Shown piece after piece: positions 1-9,439 of a DNA stretch of 64,000 nucleotides; the first letter of the stretch is position 1; every line of letters starts with the position of its first letter. A program made the translations under genes and the position numbers. The stretch lies in IMG/VR virus record IMGVR_UViG_3300008267_000033, positions 64,001 through 128,000 of that record; one strand, given 5' to 3'. Under the pieces are notes generated by a model. That model was given only the letters and a program-made list of their open reading frames with translations. It did no database searches and was not told where the DNA came from. Origin of the DNA: a virus. Its lineage: Duplodnaviria > Heunggongvirae > Uroviricota > Caudoviricetes.

Positions 1-451
1 TATCAATCACCCGATCAAACAAACTTTCACGGGTGAGACTATGACGAATTGTTTCATACAAATCCTTGGTTCCAGCATCTATGTCTATACCAATCCAGGA
101 AATCTTACGTAGTTTTTCAACAGAAACATTATCAAGTAAACAATTTAAATTGCTGCCATTGGTAGTAATGCTGGTCAAAAATCCTAAATCAATAGTGTGT
201 TCAATCACACTCTCATAGTTGGTTAGTATAGTAGGCTCACCACCACCAGGATATGTAATGGTGTGTAAACTTCCATAACTGCGTGGACTATGTTCTCGCC
301 AAGTAACCAGTTGATCCAATAGTCGAATATATTCTGTGTATTTTTTTTGTACTGGTTGCAGTCTGCGAAAATCTGCAGAGTTACAGTAATAGCAATCTTG
401 ATTGCATACGTTGGTTAAATCGATATCTACCTGTGCGGGTATAATCTTCAT
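1..451 (-). CDS. Radical SAM protein (partial, runs off left edge; not in ORF track)
   Basis: Manual translation from ATG at 451: MKIIPAQVDIDLTNVCNQDCYYCNS...YPGGGEP...ITTNGS; CxxxCxxC plus GGEP and TNG motifs; open to position 1. Confidence 0.85.
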   Translation of the reverse strand, partial: MKIIPAQVDIDLTNVCNQDCYYCNSADFRRLQPVQKKYTEYIRLLDQLVTWREHSPRSYGSLHTITYPGGGEPTILTNYESVIEHTIDLGFLTSITTNGSNLNCLLDNVSVEKLRKISWIGIDIDAGTKDLYETIRHSLTRESLFDRVID

Positions 452-477
452 TGTGTTCTGGTTCTGAATCCAGTGTG

Positions 478-1542
478 CTATTTCAGCATGGTTATACATG
501 ATATAATTTTATCTCTATATTGGATGCCAAATTCTTCATTGAAGAATTTTTCAGCGTTGTTTATTCTGCGTTGTTTTGTATTATTGTAGATTTCTGCAAT
601 ATCTTGACTGAGCAAATCTTCAATCACTTGATGAATTTTTTGCAATCTCGCCTGCCAATTGGGTTCTGAATCATAATACTTATGGTCGATGTAATCATCA
701 AATGTGTCAACCCCGATATCTCTGAGATGTGCGATTATGTGCTGATACCCTGCCACCAAGAACAGTTGTGCGCTGGCTATAGGTTGCCAGGTTTTTTCTG
801 TCATATAAAAATTTTTCATATCGGTTTCTGTTACCAGATTGATATAACTATCAGAATGCGCTGGGTGATTATATGGGGTTCCGATCCCGTTGTTGACACT
901 GTGTCTTAATGGAAACTGATGTTTAATGCTGTCCCATTTTTGTGTTATGTTGAATGGTGATAACTCTGATTTAACTAATCGATCGTCTGTATCATGTTCG
1001 ACTGGTTGATCTGAGTACAATGTAATTGCAAAATCACTTATGTCAAACCGTTCTTTAAGCAAAATGTAATTGTAAATTCGGTGCCATCTGGTGTTTCCAT
1101 TCAAACACGATATTTTGTATTTTTTAGGCAACTGTTCTACATTTTTTTTGTACGCAGGTTTCCACATGCTTTTTACAACATAGCAATAGTGGGGATAGTA
1201 AATCATTAACGGCTTACTGTCAGCAGGATTATAAGTTAATTGTATAAAATTTACTCCAGCCTCAGATAGTATTTCATAACATGCCCAATAACCCATACGC
1301 TCTCGACTGAAATCTGCAATCACTAAAGAATACTTTTTTAAATTAATCAACAATGATATAATTGTTTTGTTTCTTGCAGAATCTTCAAGGAAAGCCCACG
1401 GTGGCAAATAGTTAAAATAAAAAATTGTGTGTTTGCCAACAGTGTAGATTTTACCTTGATCAATACCGACGTCAACATTTGATAATGCAACCATATCCTC
1501 AAACAGTTGACTAATATCAGTCACTTGGTATACCAGTTCCAT
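478..1542 (-). CDS. Glycosyltransferase-like protein (phage 'LVTET...TEKT' family, paralog 1)
   Basis: C-terminal YINLVTET..FYMTEKTWQPI..LFLVAG...GVDTFDDYIDH matches the paralogs at 12093 and 20067; the function is inferred. Confidence 0.5.
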   Translation of the reverse strand: MELVYQVTDISQLFEDMVALSNVDVGIDQGKIYTVGKHTIFYFNYLPPWAFLEDSARNKTIISLLINLKKYSLVIADFSRERMGYWACYEILSEAGVNFIQLTYNPADSKPLMIYYPHYCYVVKSMWKPAYKKNVEQLPKKYKISCLNGNTRWHRIYNYILLKERFDISDFAITLYSDQPVEHDTDDRLVKSELSPFNITQKWDSIKHQFPLRHSVNNGIGTPYNHPAHSDSYINLVTETDMKNFYMTEKTWQPIASAQLFLVAGYQHIIAHLRDIGVDTFDDYIDHKYYDSEPNWQARLQKIHQVIEDLLSQDIAEIYNNTKQRRINNAEKFFNEEFGIQYRDKIISCITMLK

Positions 1543-2474
1543 GCGTGTTGGATCATGTGGTACAATTCAAACTGTCGCCAATCCGTGGCCACCATGCCAA
1601 ATTTAGCAGCACTGGCTGTGAGCACAGCAGGATCTCCTGGTCTAGCCTCGCCCATTACGACTTTCAATTTCTTCCCAGTCACACGTTCAGCCGCGGCAAT
1701 GATTTCTCTGTTGCTCGTACCTGTATTGTTGCCCAAATTGTATACGCCAGGTTTTATCTCAGTGTCAAGGGCCATGACATGTGCTCGAGCAATGTCTTCC
1801 ACATGCACATAGTCACGCACACATGTGCCATCCGGTGTGGCAAAATCCACACCATTCAATGTAAATTCTGTATCATCTCTAAGGGCTTGTAACACTCGGG
1901 CAATGATGTGTGTAGCATCTTCAGACTGGCCGTGTCTGGCTTGGCTGTCAGCACCGCAGGCATTGAAGTAACGAAACGCCACATAGTCCAATTTGTAGGC
2001 CTTATGATATGCTGCCATGATGCGTTCTACCATGAGCTTGCTGTCACCGTAAGGCGATATGGGTTCACAAGGATCCACTTCATGGCACGGAGTCATTATG
2101 GGCTCGCCATACACTGCGGCACTTGAACTGAAAATAACTCTGGTCCGGGGCATGCTTCTGCGCACTTGATCCAACAAGGTGAGTGTGTTCACCACATTGT
2201 TTTCAAAGTAACGACCAGGATGCCGGATGCTGGGTCCAACCAGGCTGTTGCCAGCACAGTGAACGATGGCCCGGGGTTCATGTATCAGGATTTTGACTAA
2301 AGAATCTTTGTCAGAAAAGTCTTTTTCAATATAGTCGTCGAACACTGACTTCAGCCGCTTGGGGCATTTGGCCTTGTCAATACCCACCACACGATGCCCT
2401 AAGTCGGCTAGCATTAGTGCAGTTTGTCCGCCAATGTATCCACCAGCACCTGTGACCACTATAGTTTGTTTCAT
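1521..2474 (-). CDS. galE: UDP-glucose 4-epimerase (extended SDR)
   Basis: TGAGGYIG NAD-binding motif, SSSAAVYG, YGDSK (YxxxK), FRYFNACGA, GTCVRDYVHVEDIA, RPGDPAVL. Confidence 0.92.
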   Translation of the reverse strand: MKQTIVVTGAGGYIGGQTALMLADLGHRVVGIDKAKCPKRLKSVFDDYIEKDFSDKDSLVKILIHEPRAIVHCAGNSLVGPSIRHPGRYFENNVVNTLTLLDQVRRSMPRTRVIFSSSAAVYGEPIMTPCHEVDPCEPISPYGDSKLMVERIMAAYHKAYKLDYVAFRYFNACGADSQARHGQSEDATHIIARVLQALRDDTEFTLNGVDFATPDGTCVRDYVHVEDIARAHVMALDTEIKPGVYNLGNNTGTSNREIIAAAERVTGKKLKVVMGEARPGDPAVLTASAAKFGMVATDWRQFELYHMIQHAWNWYTK

Positions 2475-3685
2475 GACTCAACCTTTGTCACATGATACTT
2501 GGCTTCAGCCACATGGTCACGGTATCTCGTGCCCGCCCGATCCCAATGCTCACCATGACCACACAGTATATCAACCACACGATCAACAGTGCCATTGTTC
2601 CAGTTAGATATGAGGCCCATGTTGTGATGAGGTTCTCGCAGGAGATTTTGCATCTTGTGATATGCATCATCAATCGACCACGGAATGTACAGTCTGTTGG
2701 GATCGTTGGCAAAGGTTTCGGGGAATGACCGGTATGCCGGATATAACACATTACAGCCAATAGTGTCAGCCTCACTGACCGTATTGCTGACCCAATCTTG
2801 TAGAGCACAGTTGAACAAAACTCTAGTGTTGTTGAGATGCGCATAGTATTCATTCTTTGTGATGTTGTCGTAGATTTTGAGTTTGCCAGCTGCTTCCATT
2901 GCTCTAGCACGAGTCACATACTCAGGATTGTTGCTACGTAATTCACCACCTGAGTAGATGGCAAACTCGCATGGTTCCGTGGTTAACTCACCATACATTT
3001 CAATCAGGTCCATAAAGAAACCTGGTTGCTTCTCTTGGTCAAAACGTGCGGCAAAGCCCACACGCCTGGGACGATCTGCAAATGGTCGAATATTGCCAGA
3101 ACCGCCAATGCGTTCCAGCACTTCCTCTTTGCCAAATGCAAGACCGGAGATGTTGTAGATTGGACAATCCCATCCAGCAACTCGCATGTGCATTACCATT
3201 TCTTCGTTTGTGGCAAGTACAGCACCGCCAGAATCACACACTAGTTCGCACACCATTTTCTCATACAAGCCCATCCATTTCTGCATGCCCCATACATGAA
3301 CAAAATCATCTGGGTCAATGCTCTGTGCAAGACAGCGGACATAAATCTTAGGCCGTAAAGATTCTGGCACTTGATTAAGTATGTACGGCAAACTCTCAAT
3401 GCCTGGTTGGAACATGTCTTCAAAGTAGATCACATCTTCGGCAGTGACTTTGCCTTGTTGCATCATACGAACCAGATTCATCAGTTGACTCATGCCAAAG
3501 TAACTGCGACCATGTGCATCCAAGACCTGTCCAACCACAATCTTTTGACTGTTGTCTAAGGTCTCTCCTGGCACATAGACTACATCTAGGCCACGCCGAT
3601 CAAACACACGCCGGTTCCATTCTGTCAGTTGCAGTGTGTAGCGAGCTTCATAACTTTCAAGGCCCATGTAATAAAGTTTTCTCAT
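2471..3685 (-). CDS. GT-B fold glycosyltransferase
   Basis: FAARFDQEKQPGFF and C-terminal VSNTVSEADTIGCNVLYP...FPE resemble the GT-B nucleotide-sugar-binding half; ATGA-coupled to galE. Confidence 0.72.
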   Translation of the reverse strand: MRKLYYMGLESYEARYTLQLTEWNRRVFDRRGLDVVYVPGETLDNSQKIVVGQVLDAHGRSYFGMSQLMNLVRMMQQGKVTAEDVIYFEDMFQPGIESLPYILNQVPESLRPKIYVRCLAQSIDPDDFVHVWGMQKWMGLYEKMVCELVCDSGGAVLATNEEMVMHMRVAGWDCPIYNISGLAFGKEEVLERIGGSGNIRPFADRPRRVGFAARFDQEKQPGFFMDLIEMYGELTTEPCEFAIYSGGELRSNNPEYVTRARAMEAAGKLKIYDNITKNEYYAHLNNTRVLFNCALQDWVSNTVSEADTIGCNVLYPAYRSFPETFANDPNRLYIPWSIDDAYHKMQNLLREPHHNMGLISNWNNGTVDRVVDILCGHGEHWDRAGTRYRDHVAEAKYHVTKVES

Positions 3686-4572
3686 TGATTTACTTTCTCT
3701 AATAGTGTATTAAACAGTATAGCATCAGTTGGAAATATGTCAAGTCCGTCACAGCGAATCTCGTAGCCTTTTGCTCGTAATCGCTGTTGAACAATGGCTT
3801 CTGCAATGATATTTACTGGTGGCCATACCAAAGGTTGGTTATTGATAGAGCAATCAACAATACGGTCTAACAAATTAAACTCATCCACAATGTATTTTTG
3901 TGCCCGTTGCCATTTGGTCACAAATTCTGACAGATCCTTGGTGTTAGTCAATCCGCAGTGATTGATTATTTTCAGCAGCGAATCCTTGGTATTGTACAGT
4001 ATATCAATATTGGTGAGTTTTAACCAACTATCGTCTACTTGATTTTGAGAATCAATAAACTCTTGCACATATCCTGGGTAATATATACTGAACCATTCTC
4101 TCAGTTCCCACGGTTTCATCTGAGACCAATGTGTGTAGTCTTTATTCCAGTTTAGAATATTGTGTTGATTTTCTCCAACAAGCATATCCAGTCCCAAATT
4201 TAAACTGACACAAACTTTATAATATTTAAACAATAGATTTAATTCACAAGCACGTAGATCAGGTTGAAATATCAAAATCTTTGTGTCATCCTTCCAAGAT
4301 TTAATCAAAGAAAAATGGTCGATGATTGCTGGAAATTTGAATTCCTTAAACGGATATGTTGGTGTGGTAATGGTTTTGCTGTTAAGAACGTCCAATTGAA
4401 GAAAATTATCTATTGTCGCAATATCACCCACATGTTGTTCCTTGCGAAAGGAATGCATGGACCCGTCATCTAAAATTTTGGCATCAATTGGTGTGCTATG
4501 ATCAGTGTAGTCGCGCAACACTGCTTCTATGGTACTACCAAAAGATCCACAATCAAAGAAGACGTGTATCAT
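3682..4572 (-). CDS. Hypothetical protein, sulfotransferase-like/P-loop N-terminus
   Basis: N-terminal FFDCGSFGSTI...DDGSMH resembles YYPTGCYGTFL...DGNSH of 41847..42875; AT-rich. Confidence 0.4.
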   Translation of the reverse strand: MIHVFFDCGSFGSTIEAVLRDYTDHSTPIDAKILDDGSMHSFRKEQHVGDIATIDNFLQLDVLNSKTITTPTYPFKEFKFPAIIDHFSLIKSWKDDTKILIFQPDLRACELNLLFKYYKVCVSLNLGLDMLVGENQHNILNWNKDYTHWSQMKPWELREWFSIYYPGYVQEFIDSQNQVDDSWLKLTNIDILYNTKDSLLKIINHCGLTNTKDLSEFVTKWQRAQKYIVDEFNLLDRIVDCSINNQPLVWPPVNIIAEAIVQQRLRAKGYEIRCDGLDIFPTDAILFNTLLEKVNQ

Positions 4573-4573
4573 G

Positions 4574-4795
4574 TTAGATATTTCTATTCAAACGACGAGT
4601 ATCCTCATCCCACATGTTCTTGGCATACTTGCCAGCATGCCACTTGCTGAACTGCTGCCAGGCATAGGTTTTAAAATTGTATAGATCCGCTTCGTTGTAG
4701 CGGTATCCATAGTCCTGACAGAACTCTTGGAATATTTCCAAGTCTTCAAAAATCTCTGTGACTTTAGGGTTGGGTTTAAAAGTAGGTCTTGCCAT
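4574..4795 (-). CDS. Hypothetical protein (73 aa)
   Basis: ATG at 4795 preceded by AAGGAG Shine-Dalgarno; fills the gap between flanking genes. Confidence 0.65.
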   Translation of the reverse strand: MARPTFKPNPKVTEIFEDLEIFQEFCQDYGYRYNEADLYNFKTYAWQQFSKWHAGKYAKNMWDEDTRRLNRNI

Positions 4796-4805
4796 GGGGT
4801 TCTCC

Positions 4806-5240
4806 TTAGATGACAATGTTGAGGTTGGGTTGAGTAAGTTCGTATTGGATCAATGCACCATTTTCGCCGTCTTCCGACACTTCGATATGTACCACACGAC
4901 CAGGATAGCGTGAAGCTATCTGTATATATAGGTCGTCTGCCATCATCTCACAACTTTTGTGGTCAAGACTTAGAACGGAACTGTCACTGTTGTACAGCGA
5001 TTCGCACCAGCGTTTGAATTGGATGAATTCAAGGTCTCGGTCGTTGTGGAACACATCAATCCACACCCGGAAGTGAAATATGTGACGATGAGGATACCCA
5101 AGGAATTGTACATCAGCAAGTGCAGGGTCTGTCAAGGCAGCAGGATATTTGTGGATGCCTTCTCGTTGCCAGGTAATCCAAATTTGTCGCTGTGCGTGTT
5201 CCATCACACGATCCACTGTGGCTCTTTGTTCTTGGTTCAT
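4806..5240 (-). CDS. dpdL: QueD/PTPS-like T-fold protein, DpdL-type (putative CDG decarboxylase)
   Basis: LGYPHRHIF fits LxxxHRHxF, the motif I recall for DpdL in place of QueD CxxxHGH; also DLEFIQFK, LDHKSCE and IEVSED T-fold motifs; three genes from dpdA. Confidence 0.65.
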   Translation of the reverse strand: MNQEQRATVDRVMEHAQRQIWITWQREGIHKYPAALTDPALADVQFLGYPHRHIFHFRVWIDVFHNDRDLEFIQFKRWCESLYNSDSSVLSLDHKSCEMMADDLYIQIASRYPGRVVHIEVSEDGENGALIQYELTQPNLNIVI

Positions 5241-5551
5241 GATTTTAAACTTTCGAATGTTATAATTTTGCTTAGTGCTGTGCCAAGATTTTCATCTTCG
5301 TGTACAATGTGCAGGTCACAGTGATGTTGATCTTTGCGTTCGTCATATCTGTTGTACTCTACCATCATGCCACCATTGGCACGATACACAGTAAAACTCA
5401 TTCTGTGCCGACTGCTGCCAATGCTGGCACTGTCATGACTCTTTGAGATACCGGTGATGCTGTTGGATAATCTATCTGTTTGATACGTTGTTTCTTCGCG
5501 GCTTCTAATGCGCTTGGCACGTTTCAATATCCAGTTGTCTAACCATTTCAT
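5237..5551 (-). CDS. Hypothetical protein
   Basis: 104-aa ORF, ATGA-coupled on both sides within the operon. Confidence 0.65.
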   Translation of the reverse strand: MKWLDNWILKRAKRIRSREETTYQTDRLSNSITGISKSHDSASIGSSRHRMSFTVYRANGGMMVEYNRYDERKDQHHCDLHIVHEDENLGTALSKIITFESLKS

Positions 5552-5952
5552 AATTTACTATCGCCTCTATAGTCATCCCAACTAGTAAATGTCTCACGGC
5601 TCATCAGACTGTGCAGACTATGGCACCAGACGCCGGGATTGGTAGCGTCAAAGTCCTTGTCATCTATTTTTAACATTGTATTATAATTCCACAGTTTTGT
5701 ATACGGTACACTTACTCGAATCTGTGGAATAAAGATCATGCTTTCCCATCGTTGCCATTCCAGTGCGTCTTTGGGGTCAAAACTGTGGTTAGCACCAAAG
5801 AAGATGTGCTGTTGAACTTGAAGTAGTCTAGACCCAATACTGTCAACCGGCTGAATGCCCACAACAAACAGCGTCTTCATGCCAAATGCAGGTGTGCGTT
5901 CTACTTCGGTTCCTACAAAGAAGTCAACATTGTCATGTCCTTCACGTTTCAT
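5548..5952 (-). CDS. Conserved phage hypothetical protein adjacent to dpdA
   Basis: 134 aa, coupled to dpdA; motifs EVERTPAFG, HIFFGANHSF, KIDDKDF.ATNPGVW. Confidence 0.65.
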   Translation of the reverse strand: MKREGHDNVDFFVGTEVERTPAFGMKTLFVVGIQPVDSIGSRLLQVQQHIFFGANHSFDPKDALEWQRWESMIFIPQIRVSVPYTKLWNYNTMLKIDDKDFDATNPGVWCHSLHSLMSRETFTSWDDYRGDSKL

Positions 5953-7544
5953 ACTGATTTCTCCAATTGGTCTAGTTGCGTTTCGTCAAAATCTTCTTGT
6001 TCAGTTTGCTCGTATTCAAACAGTGCATTGAACTGTGTACGTGCGTTCTTGGCCTTCTTGCCTTTGAAACCACGTGTGCCCACAATTTCCATCCAGTAGT
6101 CACTATAGTATTCAATGATGGCTTCTGACTCTGCCCGTGTGGGTGCGGCAAATATGGCTTCCACAATGTCTTCAAACTTGGCATAGTCGCCAGTGCTACG
6201 GCGCATCATGGCAGGATGTTCACCGGCATCAAAGCGTCTGTTTGCTTCTTGCACAGCAGTCAAGTGCATCCAAACATTATGGCCCATCAGCAGGGCATAA
6301 CTAAAACTGTCCCATGATGTCTTGCCCCATTTGCCATTTTTGTTCACATCCGGCAGCACATCATACAAGTCGGGATCACGGAAGTTTTCTTCTGTGAGCA
6401 CAACACCAGGCTTGGGTGTACCAGCACGATAGATGCAGATATCCTTCATGGTAAACATGTCGCTGAGTGGTGAGTCTTCCCAGCGTGGATAAATGCCATC
6501 TGCCACAACACCATCCGACCATCTGCGTGTGTCTGTGGCATACTTCTTGTCGTCTGCTGACGGAGCCATTCTATAACTCCACTTGGAATCATGTTCAAAC
6601 ACATTTTCAAAGTACACCTGACCATTGGCTGTGGCGAGGAATGGGCTGGCACAATCAAAGGAGATAGAGAATGCGGGATTAACGTATTTTCTAACTGCCC
6701 TTTGAATCACGGTGAGTAGCACAGCCCATTCCAACTTTGATGTACCCAAGAAGTGCATCCAGTCATGTGTGCCTTCTTGTAACAATCCATCATATTTGAG
6801 TGCAATCAATCTACGCAATACCAAGTGTACATCACACATGTTTTGTCCACCCATGGCCCAGCCATCAAAGTGTGTGTCAGGATACACAGCAGGATCGCAA
6901 TACTGCTTCATGGTTTGATACCATGTTTCTGCTGACGTGTGATTATCGCCTTGCAACACATTCAAGAACCGGGCACCACCATTGGCTTTGCCACGGCGAT
7001 GTTTCATAAAATATTCATTATTGAACTTGGTGGCATCCACTGCTTCTTCCAGCGTTTTGATACCGCAGGCCTTTGACGCTTTCTTGTCGTGTATGACCCA
7101 GGTGGGAATATCAAGAATCATGCCATAGTCGCTGATGGTATCCAGCCACTTCAAAATACTGCTACGTTTCTTTTCGGCCTTGGCACAACCTGAATTGGCT
7201 TTCCAATCACCTTCCCACAGGCCTTTGGCAATCTGGAATCCACCCGAATCGCCCAGCATGAACGTGCCAGGTTCACGATTGCGAACCATGTCTTCACTCC
7301 AGTCCTGCTTGGTCAAATCCAAGTTGGCATGACCACCCGAATACAAACTCCACCGGTAGGGAAACAATGCTTTTTGACTGTTGAGCCAGTTCATCTGTTC
7401 CATGTCTGTCAGCCCTGCAGGAAACCTTGCAGGATCCACATACGGTTCGTTGCGTTGCTTGCCCACAAACGTGGCATAGAAACCTGATATGGCTGGTAAG
7501 AACACAGCATAATCATTTTGTTTAGCGGTTAGGTTATCCTGCAA
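5949..7544 (-). CDS. dpdA: TGT-family 7-deazaguanine DNA transglycosylase (DpdA-like)
   Basis: TGT motifs in order: LGDSGGFQ, MILDIP, NVLQG, GWAMGG, HFLG, SFDCASP. Lacks the CxCxxC zinc site of tRNA-TGT. TTG start. Confidence 0.82.
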   Translation of the reverse strand: MQDNLTAKQNDYAVFLPAISGFYATFVGKQRNEPYVDPARFPAGLTDMEQMNWLNSQKALFPYRWSLYSGGHANLDLTKQDWSEDMVRNREPGTFMLGDSGGFQIAKGLWEGDWKANSGCAKAEKKRSSILKWLDTISDYGMILDIPTWVIHDKKASKACGIKTLEEAVDATKFNNEYFMKHRRGKANGGARFLNVLQGDNHTSAETWYQTMKQYCDPAVYPDTHFDGWAMGGQNMCDVHLVLRRLIALKYDGLLQEGTHDWMHFLGTSKLEWAVLLTVIQRAVRKYVNPAFSISFDCASPFLATANGQVYFENVFEHDSKWSYRMAPSADDKKYATDTRRWSDGVVADGIYPRWEDSPLSDMFTMKDICIYRAGTPKPGVVLTEENFRDPDLYDVLPDVNKNGKWGKTSWDSFSYALLMGHNVWMHLTAVQEANRRFDAGEHPAMMRRSTGDYAKFEDIVEAIFAAPTRAESEAIIEYYSDYWMEIVGTRGFKGKKAKNARTQFNALFEYEQTEQEDFDETQLDQLEKSV

Positions 7545-7740
7545 TTCGACCCCACTTGATTTTCAACCAAATACGTTCGTGAATGAAATAATCTACACTG
7601 AGCATGATGTGCAAGGCAGTGGCAAATCCTGTGGCCGATGCAATGTCACCAGTAAACAACCAAGTCCAAAATATAGTAAACAACCATGCGGTTATTCTAT
7701 ATGTGATCATTCTTGTTACAGTTCTAGCTTTGGTTTCCAT
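7534..7740 (-). CDS. Small membrane protein, DUF2061-like
   Basis: METKARTVTRMITYRI...YFIHERIWLKIKWG with two hydrophobic segments. Confidence 0.7.
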   Translation of the reverse strand: METKARTVTRMITYRITAWLFTIFWTWLFTGDIASATGFATALHIMLSVDYFIHERIWLKIKWGRIAG

Positions 7741-8462
7741 TATTTGCTCTGTGCAGGTAAAATGTAATTGTAAACAGCCACACCCGAGTCCACTGTGATC
7801 TTGGCAGCACCATCATCACTAATGCGGATGGTCTTGTCCCCGGTCAAGGCCATGATGGCCATGAACTGTACAGCCGGCCATGACCATGTACGTTTCAATT
7901 GACCATTTACACCTGCGTGAAACACAAAGTTACCAGCGTGTGTTGAGTGATCACCAAAGAAAAACTTCAAGTCACCGTTTTCAGTCCGGGCCTGGAAGTT
8001 GGGCTCTTCAGCATTGGCCTGTGCTTGCATACGCAATCTTTGGATGGCAGCCACAGTGGGTTCAAATTCAATGTGCCATGTGACACCTTTGAACTTGGGT
8101 GTTTTGAGTTTGTCGTTCACGATCTCTGCTGCCATAAAACGATATGTGTTACGGAAGTCTCCCCCAGCGTTTTCAAACTCAATGCCATCGGGTGCACCTG
8201 TGGCTTTTTTAGTTAATTTGAGTTTGGCATTCTCTCGGTACTCTTGCAAGTTCAACAAAATTTTCAACTTGTTCAAGTTGGGCATGCCAAATGTACCGAT
8301 AAAATCTGCGTGTGGGTTTTTGAATTCACCCTCTAACACTACACTCAAATCTTCTGCCACGCCCACAATGGCTGTGCTTTTGTCGTCTCCGGTGATTTTG
8401 ATCAAGTCAATGCAGCCAAGATCGTGTGTGTGTTCTACCAAGTCTTTAAGATAATCTCTCAT
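7740..8462 (-). CDS. DNA polymerase sliding clamp (gp45/PCNA-like)
   Basis: 240 aa, near the polymerase, beta-rich two-domain pattern; own sigma70-like promoter and AGGAG RBS; clamp loader present at 50358. Confidence 0.6.
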   Translation of the reverse strand: MRDYLKDLVEHTHDLGCIDLIKITGDDKSTAIVGVAEDLSVVLEGEFKNPHADFIGTFGMPNLNKLKILLNLQEYRENAKLKLTKKATGAPDGIEFENAGGDFRNTYRFMAAEIVNDKLKTPKFKGVTWHIEFEPTVAAIQRLRMQAQANAEEPNFQARTENGDLKFFFGDHSTHAGNFVFHAGVNGQLKRTWSWPAVQFMAIMALTGDKTIRISDDGAAKITVDSGVAVYNYILPAQSK

Positions 8463-8482
8463 GCGTACTCCTATGTTGTATG

Positions 8483-8511
8483 ATTATATAGATTTTTTTA
8501 CTAGTGTGCAA
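8483..8511 (-). promoter_or_regulatory. Sigma70-like early promoter for clamp/dpdA operon
   Basis: TTGCAC (8511-8506), 17 nt, TATAAT (8488-8483). Confidence 0.7.
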
Positions 8512-9439
8512 CTATTTTGGCCAGGCTCTGACCGCCTCTAATTGATTCAATTTCTCCAGGACGGCGTATCTCCATCCAAGATACATCACCTTGCCCGCGG
8601 TTGACAGAAAGAATTTCAAATCCAAGTTGATTGCAATGGGATTGAATTTCTCTACCGGGTGTGTAACACATGAAATTCTTTTCAGCCAGTGCTACACCAT
8701 GTGCCCAATCACAATCGTTGTAGGTGAATATGGCCACCCCACCTGGTCTCAAACGTGCAAACATACTGTCCAAATATTGACGCACCACCTTCATGGGTTT
8801 GTAGTTGAAATAGTTGTAGGCAAAAATCAGTCCAAACTGATTTGCAGGCAATTGCCACAGTGCATCAACATGTTTGTAGTCGTCGATCACATATGGTCTC
8901 AATCTGCGTTGATATTCTGGCGTAAATGCCTGTACAGCAGGTTGCATCAAATCTTCATGCTGATCTACCACGTACAAAGGATCCAACGGCACTAGATCTT
9001 CAATAAACTTTTCGTTGCCAGGACGAATGATCATGCCAGGCAAGCGCCAGTCTGTGTACTGTAGCAGTCGTCCTGTGAGCAACAGTCGACTGTCTGCGTC
9101 AATGGCAAGTCGACGATTTAAAATATATTCCGTGGTTTCATAGCACATTTCTTGTTCGTACAGTTGTTGACTGGCCTGATACTGTACAGGTTCAAGAGCA
9201 GCAATCTGTCGGCGTACATTTGATTTGAGATCGTCCAGGGCAGTTTGTGCATGTTGAAACTCACGAGTAACAGCATTGATCTTTTCAGCAAATGCACTGC
9301 TGTACTCGTCAATTTGCACTGCGTGATTGGCAACCACATGACCTATTTCATGAAACTTTTTAACAGCCACATAGTAATCAGAAGCAAGTTCATTGCTTTC
9401 CAACAAGTTCAAGTATCCAACAAGTTCGCTCAGTTTCAT
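8501..9439 (-). CDS. Class I SAM-dependent methyltransferase-like protein
   Basis: Start moved to ATG 9439, which overlaps the polB stop (ATGA). C-terminal QFGLIFAYNYFNY...LRPGGVAIFTY is typical of the MTase fold; N-terminal helical region. Confidence 0.6.
   Translation of the reverse strand: MKLSELVGYLNLLESNELASDYYVAVKKFHEIGHVVANHAVQIDEYSSAFAEKINAVTREFQHAQTALDDLKSNVRRQIAALEPVQYQASQQLYEQEMCYETTEYILNRRLAIDADSRLLLTGRLLQYTDWRLPGMIIRPGNEKFIEDLVPLDPLYVVDQHEDLMQPAVQAFTPEYQRRLRPYVIDDYKHVDALWQLPANQFGLIFAYNYFNYKPMKVVRQYLDSMFARLRPGGVAIFTYNDCDWAHGVALAEKNFMCYTPGREIQSHCNQLGFEILSVNRGQGDVSWMEIRRPGEIESIRGGQSLAKIVAH

Noticed and set aside
1-451. QueE completing the deazaguanine pathway
   Set aside because: The motif context (DLTNVCNQDCYYCNS) lacks the QueE-type GCNLxCxWCDT pattern; treated as a generic radical SAM.
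5949-7544. Host-type tRNA-guanine transglycosylase (tgt)
   Set aside because: Lacks the CxCxxC/H zinc site, is longer (531 aa), and sits with a DpdL-like gene in a phage replication operon; DpdA is the better fit.
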